Below are positions 63,466 through 64,000 of a DNA stretch of 64,000 bases, in pieces. Numbering within the stretch: position 1 is the stretch's first letter; the number at the start of each line of letters is the position of its first letter. Under the pieces are notes generated by a model. The model was given only the letters and a program-made list of their open reading frames with translations. It did not search any database and was not told the DNA's origin. The translations under genes were made by a program, and so were the position numbers. The stretch is from Camelus ferus (lineage: Eukaryota), in assembly GCF_009834535.1 (NCBI RefSeq), contig NC_045696.1, positions 79,796,001 to 79,860,000 of the forward strand, in the 5' to 3' direction.

Positions 63466-64000
63466 GTATGTGTATGAGTGTATATATATATCTCTCTCTC
63501 ACACATTTACATACCTATCCATATATACAAATATATACTATATATGCAGATATATTATCATGTATAATTCTCATTTATAATTTTTAAACTTAAGAATTAA
63601 CAAGAAACTAATAAAACATCTATGTTAAAAAAGATAAAAGAAAGGTTAAACTATTACTGGGAGACATAAAAGAATATTTGAATAAAGAAGAAAATATGTT
63701 CCTGAATGTGAAGACAATGTTATAAACATGTCAATTCTTCTTCAAATCAATCTATGCCTTCAACACCAATGAAAACCACTAAATGTTGGGGGTGGGTTGC
63801 ATCTTTAAAAAATAAAAACAATAAAGTTCATTAGAAAGAATAAATACGCCATATAAGATAAAATTTTCACAAAGAGAACACCAGGTAGTTCTTTCCCTTC
63901 CAGAAATTAATGACAAGAATTAAAACAACTTGTTTCTGTCAGAGTCAGACAGATCAAAGTGTGTATACAAACTCCAGTCATTGATCTAAGTGTGCATATG

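Larger units (their letters stand above)
62200..63990 (+). mobile_element. Degraded L1M ORF2, interrupted by a SINE and a MER5
   Basis: A-rich; gtatttgaaaaactttaacatttatttctgataa, atgtcaattcttcttcaaatcaatctatg, aataaagttcattagaaa. Confidence 0.7.

Noticed and set aside
1..64000. CRISPR arrays, operons, prokaryotic defence systems, NUMTs or another novel multi-gene system
   Set aside because: The sequence is a mammalian intron landscape. I saw no regularly spaced repeat-spacer arrays, no long ORFs and no mitochondrial-like segments.

Overview
This is AT-rich, repeat-dense mammalian genomic DNA. It is almost certainly camelid (alpaca/llama/camel lineage), based on a Vic-1-type tRNA-Ala-derived SINE at ~63163-63296. 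The window appears to lie entirely inside SPATA16 (+ strand). Its only convincing coding sequence is one 146-nt internal exon at 40078-40223 (LCSKGAALGKPFEASSEDIASVASFIETKLVMCYLRMRKPDLALNHAHR, TPR region), which corresponds to human exon 3 as I recall it, with long introns on both sides. The rest is transposable-element debris (MIR, L2, L3/CR1, old L1M, young artiodactyl/camelid L1 3' ends, MaLR and LTR40 solo LTRs, hAT and Tigger DNA transposons) plus microsatellites. The other ORFs I examined are explained by simple repeats, TE remnants or chance. I found no evidence of a novel biological system. The findings are modest: a recent L1 insertion with a perfect target-site duplication (TSD), inverted repeats around the exon, nested insertions, splice-site features and candidate testis transcription-factor motifs. 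Repeat family names come from recalled consensus sequences and boundaries are approximate; both need RepeatMasker/Dfam confirmation.
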